Below are positions 59,201 through 64,000 of a DNA stretch of 64,000 nucleotides, one piece after another (position 1 is the first letter of the stretch; the number at the start of each line of letters is the position of its first letter). A program made the translations under genes and the position numbers. Source of the stretch: Mobula hypostoma (lineage: Eukaryota); contig NC_086097.1 in the NCBI RefSeq assembly GCF_963921235.1, forward strand, positions 81,036,001 to 81,100,000, given 5' to 3'. The notes under the pieces were generated by a model that ran no database searches, had not been told where the DNA came from, and saw nothing but the letters and a program-made list of their open reading frames with translations.

Positions 59201-61911
59201 TGGTGAGACCACACCTGGAGTATTGTGTGCAGTTTTGGTCCCCTAATCTGAGGAAAGACATCTTTGCCATAGAGGGAGTACAAAGAAGGTTCACCAGATT
59301 GATTCCTGGGATGGCAGGTCTTTCATATGAAGAAAGACTGGATGAACTGGGCTTGTACTCGTTGGAATTTAGAAGATTGAGGGGGGATCTGATTGAAACG
59401 TATAAGATCCTAAAGGGATTGGACAGGCTAGATGCGGGAAGATTGTTCCCGATGTTGGGGAGGTCTAGAACGAGGGGTCACAGTTTGAGGATAGAGGGGA
59501 AGCCTTTTAGGACCGAGGTTAGGAAAAACTTCTTCACACAGAGAGTGGTGAATCTGTGGAATTCTCTGCCACAGCAAACTGTTGAGGCCAGTTCATTAGC
59601 TATGTTTAAAAGGAAGTTAGATATGGCCCTTGTGGCTACAGGGGTCAGGGGGTATGGAGGGAAGGCTGGGTTCTGAGTTGGATGATCAGCCATGATCATA
59701 ATAAATGGCGGTGCAGGCTCGAAGGGCCGAATGGCCTACTCCTGCACCTATTTTCTATGTTTCTATGTTTCTATGTTTAATATGATATTTTGAACTTTGG
59801 CTTCAGCTCAGAGTTATTTTGTAATGAGATTAGTTCTTCTTCCATCCTTCCTGTTAATTTTTCACAAAAAGTGTTCAGGAATGGATTTATTACCAAGCTG
59901 GAATTTGGATCGAAAGAAGATCTTAAATCTCTTTCACATGTATTTATTGCAGGTTGCCCAGGGGGGCACAGCTAATTTGAAGATCATCACCTGTCATTCT
60001 TTCTTTCTCTTCCACCTTTGAGAGGCTTGGAAATTGGAAAAGTTCACGGCGGTGAATAAGGTAAACTTGGACAGAAGTTAAGATTCACATAATTTCCTTG
60101 TAATTGAAGACCAATTTCATTAAACTTTGTGAATAATTCTGACAAATAAGCAAAGTCACACTTGATATTCATGAGTTGATTACTGAAAGAAGTATTCAAA
60201 TCTTCAAAGAAATTTATCACAGTTTCAGAAGGTGCATAAAGGCATCTCAGACAATTTCCTTTTGAGAGCCGCCTGACTGCTGTGTGTAAGAGCAAGCATT
60301 CAAACTGTTCATCAATCTGAATAAAAAGATCTCCAAATAGTCAAGATCTAAGACCATGGGGTCTGATTTTATTTACTGCTGTGATAATCTTATGATTTGT
60401 TCAGTTGATCACTTAGGATTTTTGCTACAAGATATTTCCAGTGAATAACACAGTGAATGGTAAATATGTTAGGTACTACTTTTTTCAAGAAAGTAATAAC
60501 TCCAAAATGGCATCCTGTCATTGAAGGTGCCCCATCTGTTGCACAGGTAAGAATGTTGGTGAACAGAATGTTCTTCTCTTTGAAAAATCACTCAACAGCC
60601 CGAAATATTGATTCCCTCTTTTCTCATCCCCTGGCAAATAACAACTCTTGAATCATGCTTTCCATCTTTTATGAAGTGATAATAACTAAGAAGGAAAGAT
60701 TATTTGCAGTTGACTTATCCAACTGCAGCACAAATTCTATTGTTCTAAGTATGTCGCACAATATATCTTCCACATTCTCAGACATCTCATATATTTGTCT
60801 TTGAACAGAGCTGTTGCAGAGCGGAATTACTTCCATTATTTGATCTGGAGACAAGCAAAACCATTCTCAGAATCTTCCTTACTGCTGGAAGAATCAGTTC
60901 TCCTTCGATTGTATGGAGCTTTCCAGATTTAGCAATGAACAATGAAATGTTATATGAAGCACGCAAACCATCACTGTTGTGTCGTGAAGTGCTGGCAAAC
61001 GTGTTTTGAAGTGTATTACGTTTCTTAAAGGTTCATGAAGTGACTGAAAATAAACCAGGTTCTTGTTAGTTTATCAGAGTGTATTCTCATCAAATGTTCA
61101 AACAGCCTGGACAATTTAATTGTCTCACTTGAAAAAATGTTTAAAGACAACAGACACATAAGCTGCTGTTGATTTCCTGGTGCTGGTACAAATACTTATT
61201 TTAGATACTCCCCACTACATTGTCAAACACTTCTTTTTCGTTTGATCTGTTTCTGCCACTTTCATTAAGGATTAATGACCACAATCAACTATTGTTTAAG
61301 TCCAAACTCAAGCACTGCGATCAATAAAGGGGAAAGCTAGGACATCATAATAGTTCAGGACAAATCTGACTCTGCCTGAGGGTACATAAAGTGGGGCAGC
61401 GATACCTTGGTTGGGCTGTGGCTAGAGAAATGCGGTCAAGGCCATTTGAAAGGGAAGATTCTGAATTTTACCCCATTGAATACAATACCCTAATTCTCAG
61501 GAACTGTGTCACTGCATGATTAGAGTATGGAAATCATACTAGCTAACATTGTACTACAGTAGTGAATGGCAATAATGCGTGGACTGGTCTAGAAATTACG
61601 CAATTTCATCAGTCCAGATTTTTCATGATACGTCAAATACAGAAATGTCGTATTGATTTTCAGCAACTATAAAGCGCTTTGAGCAAAGGCTCAGAGAATG
61701 GCGAGTTATCAAGAGATGAGATGACTACGTGATCATTGTAATCAATTATGAGATCAACTGCCTATAATATATAATTCATTTCTTATATTAAACCTGTAAT
61801 CCCTTGCTACGAAGCACTCCCTCCAACTGACCCCTTTGTTTTTTTATCACCCCCCTTAGAAACTTCCGCTGCCCCAAGAGGGGTGATATTGCCCACTATT
61901 CCAGACCATTG
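56293..61911 (-). mobile_element. Decayed hAT Buster/Charlie-type transposon split by a CR1 insertion
   Basis: Ends CAGTAGTTCCCAA and ...AGACCATTG, both next to GTGTACA. Transposase remnants IPLCNSSVQRQIYEMSENVE...LQLDKST, LLHTAVRRLSKGNCL, FPTSYLAERG on both sides of the LINE. Confidence 0.85.
56843..59778 (+). mobile_element. Young CR1/HER1 LINE with near-complete ORF2 (APE endonuclease + RT) and 3' UTR
   Basis: NARSIRNK...[54 protein letters not shown]. One frameshift near 57260 and one TAA at 58825-58827. (TTTCTATG)3 tail. Confidence 0.96.
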
Positions 61912-61999
61912 GTGTACATCATTCCCTGTGTTTCTTCATTTGAGTTGGACAGATGCTGATTATGATCCTCTACACATTTCAAAAATTCTTCACCTTGAA

Positions 62000-63010
62000 A
62001 GGCAGGTATTAAAGGCAATGGAGTTGAGGTCACAGGGCGCCTGGATGAAATGGGATCTTCCCAAGCGCAAGATCACTTGGGCAGAGCTTTGGAGGCTGGA
62101 GCCCTTCCACATTTCTTTCCTCCTGCGGCCTGTGTATGATACCATCACAGTTGCACACATGGGGGCTGACAGAGAGCCCTAATGGCAAGCTTTGTAGTCA
62201 GTAAGGTTCAGTGTCACACATACTGTCAGGATGCAAAACAGCTTGAACACAAGAACGGTATAGCTGGCAGCACGACAAGGTCCTGCTGTCCCTTGCTGAC
62301 ACACTGGAGTGGCAGAAGTGTAAAAAGAGACCAGCTGGCAGACAGGCAAACAGGGCAGTCATTTTCATCAAGGAGAGGGCCACGCTAGTCATATCAAAGA
62401 GGCCTAAATTTAATCTGCTGCAAACTGCCAAATCATGGGAGAAGAGGGTCATTGTGGGGAGGAAGCTGCAGTTCCCGGAGGTGGTACAAACCACACTTTG
62501 ACCAGATATCGTACTGTGGTCCACCAAAGACAAGAAAATCATCCTGGTGGAGCCCACAGTACCATGGGAGGAAGAATGTGAGGAGGCTCACGAGAGGAAG
62601 GCCCTGAAGTACCAGTCCTTAGTCCAGGAGTGCAGGGACAAAGGACGGCAGTTGTGGCTATTTCCCGCGCAGATTGGCTCTAGAGGGTTTCTGGCAAGGT
62701 CAGCATGGAGGTTGCTCTCTACGCTGGGCCTTGATGAAAAGAACCAGAACCAAGCAGCTCACAGGATGGGGGAGGAAGCAGAAAGAGCCTCTTGCTGGAT
62801 ATGGAGCAAGCGAGAGGAGTTGAGGTGGAACTCGGAAGCAGATGGGCAGTGACTTGGCCACCACTGCCGACCCAACAGCTAGAGAGTGTAGTTGTTAAGG
62901 GATGAAACACTCTATGAAGGCTGGGAACCACATGATGACATCTGCTCCTGCCCAAAGGCCATGGTTACCTCATCAGGTAACTGTAGAGAGCACCCCGGTA
63001 TATGATGCAA
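62000..63010 (+). mobile_element. HERO-like non-LTR retrotransposon 3' fragment (restriction-like endonuclease)
   Basis: QGAWMKW...ITWAELW.LEP..ISFLLRPVYDT, HILSGC...W.HDKVL, PDIVLWS...IILVEPTVPWEE.CEEAHERK..KY..LV.EC..KG. Confidence 0.85.
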
Positions 63011-63813
63011 AATCTTTGCTAGATTCCTGATGACTCTCAGACCCAACTGAAATCCCTTTCCCATCGTTGCTCTATTATTACATCAATCTCTCTGAAAAAT
63101 TACCACCTGATTTCAATCCCACTTTTTCTATATCAAAGTAATTATCAAACGACAAACAGCTCTTTAACTGTTCCTCAACTCCTACCAACCCGATTCATTT
63201 TTACAAATTTTTTCATATGTAATCATTCTCAAATAAATGCATGAATTTATCTCAAACAATTATACATAGGAAAACAGATAACAAACAGTCCCCTGGGCAA
63301 CATTCTAAAATAATTCCCCATCCCCACCCAATTAACCTACACAATGACTTCAGACTTACTAGAGTGGGATTTCCTCCATTTACATTAGAGTTGCCTTTCA
63401 CAGCTCCAAGTGCTGGACAACCATGGTTGCATATTTGCAATTGCTTGAAATTCATCAATGCAACCATAATCTTCTGTCTACACATTTAATGTAACTGGGA
63501 GTCAGAACCATTATTGTATGCCTTCAGAAGTAATGCAGGAAGTCACTTATAAATATTACTCTATATGCACTGTGTTGTTTATGCTAGATGTTACGCACCA
63601 CAAATGTGTCTGGTATTAAGGTGTATTAATCAATTGTATACACTCCAGTCATTTCATTGCATATATAAAAGGCATATTATTGATAAATTGCTGAATACTT
63701 AAAGCTCTAGCTATAGCTGTTGAGCCTTCAGTGAAATCTTAAAGTAAGCAGCAATAACAAAACAGGAAAATTAGTGTGACATAACACCACCACTGGACTA
63801 AAGATACATTTAT

Positions 63814-64000
63814 ATTAGATTAGATTATGAGGACACTCAGTCCTCGTTTATTGTCATTTAGAAATGCATGCATTAAAAAATGATACAACGTTCCTCCAGA
63901 GTGATATCACAAGAAAACACAGGCCAAACCAAGACTAAAACTGACAAAACCACATAATTATAACATATAGTTACAACAGTGTAAAGCAATACCATAATTT
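63814..64000 (-). mobile_element. 3' end of a Rex/Babar-like LINE running off the window
   Basis: (ATTAG)n tail, TTTATT, and ACAACGTTCCTC shared with 41448-41459. Confidence 0.6.

Noticed and set aside
62880..62945. Hammerhead in the HERO 3' UTR (GAAAC and ATGATGA nearby)
   Set aside because: No CUGAnGA box correctly placed relative to GAAA and the stems.

Overview
Repeat-rich vertebrate genomic DNA, probably from a cartilaginous fish (ray/shark), inferred from HER1/HE1-type CR1 LINE tails and V-SINEs. The only host coding sequence I can support is the first coding exon of FUT8 (alpha-1,6-fucosyltransferase) on the minus strand (exon about 6982-7427, CDS 6982-7184). The rest is flanking intron or upstream sequence. 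It is filled with CR1, L2, Rex/Babar and HERO LINEs, SINEs, a decayed Tf1/sushi-type chromovirus, a solo LTR, two hAT elements, a Tc1 element and simple repeats. The most notable signal is a Penelope-like (Neptune-type) family. It includes a 2.7-kb fold-back copy with RT and GIY-YIG, plus at least seven shorter copies, most of them non-coding with TSDs. Most carry all or part of a minimal type-I hammerhead ribozyme (CUGAnGA-stem II-GAAA-CG-UC). One ribozyme has an intact core and lies on the FUT8 sense strand. Repeat boundaries were read by eye and are approximate unless a TSD or TIR is quoted.
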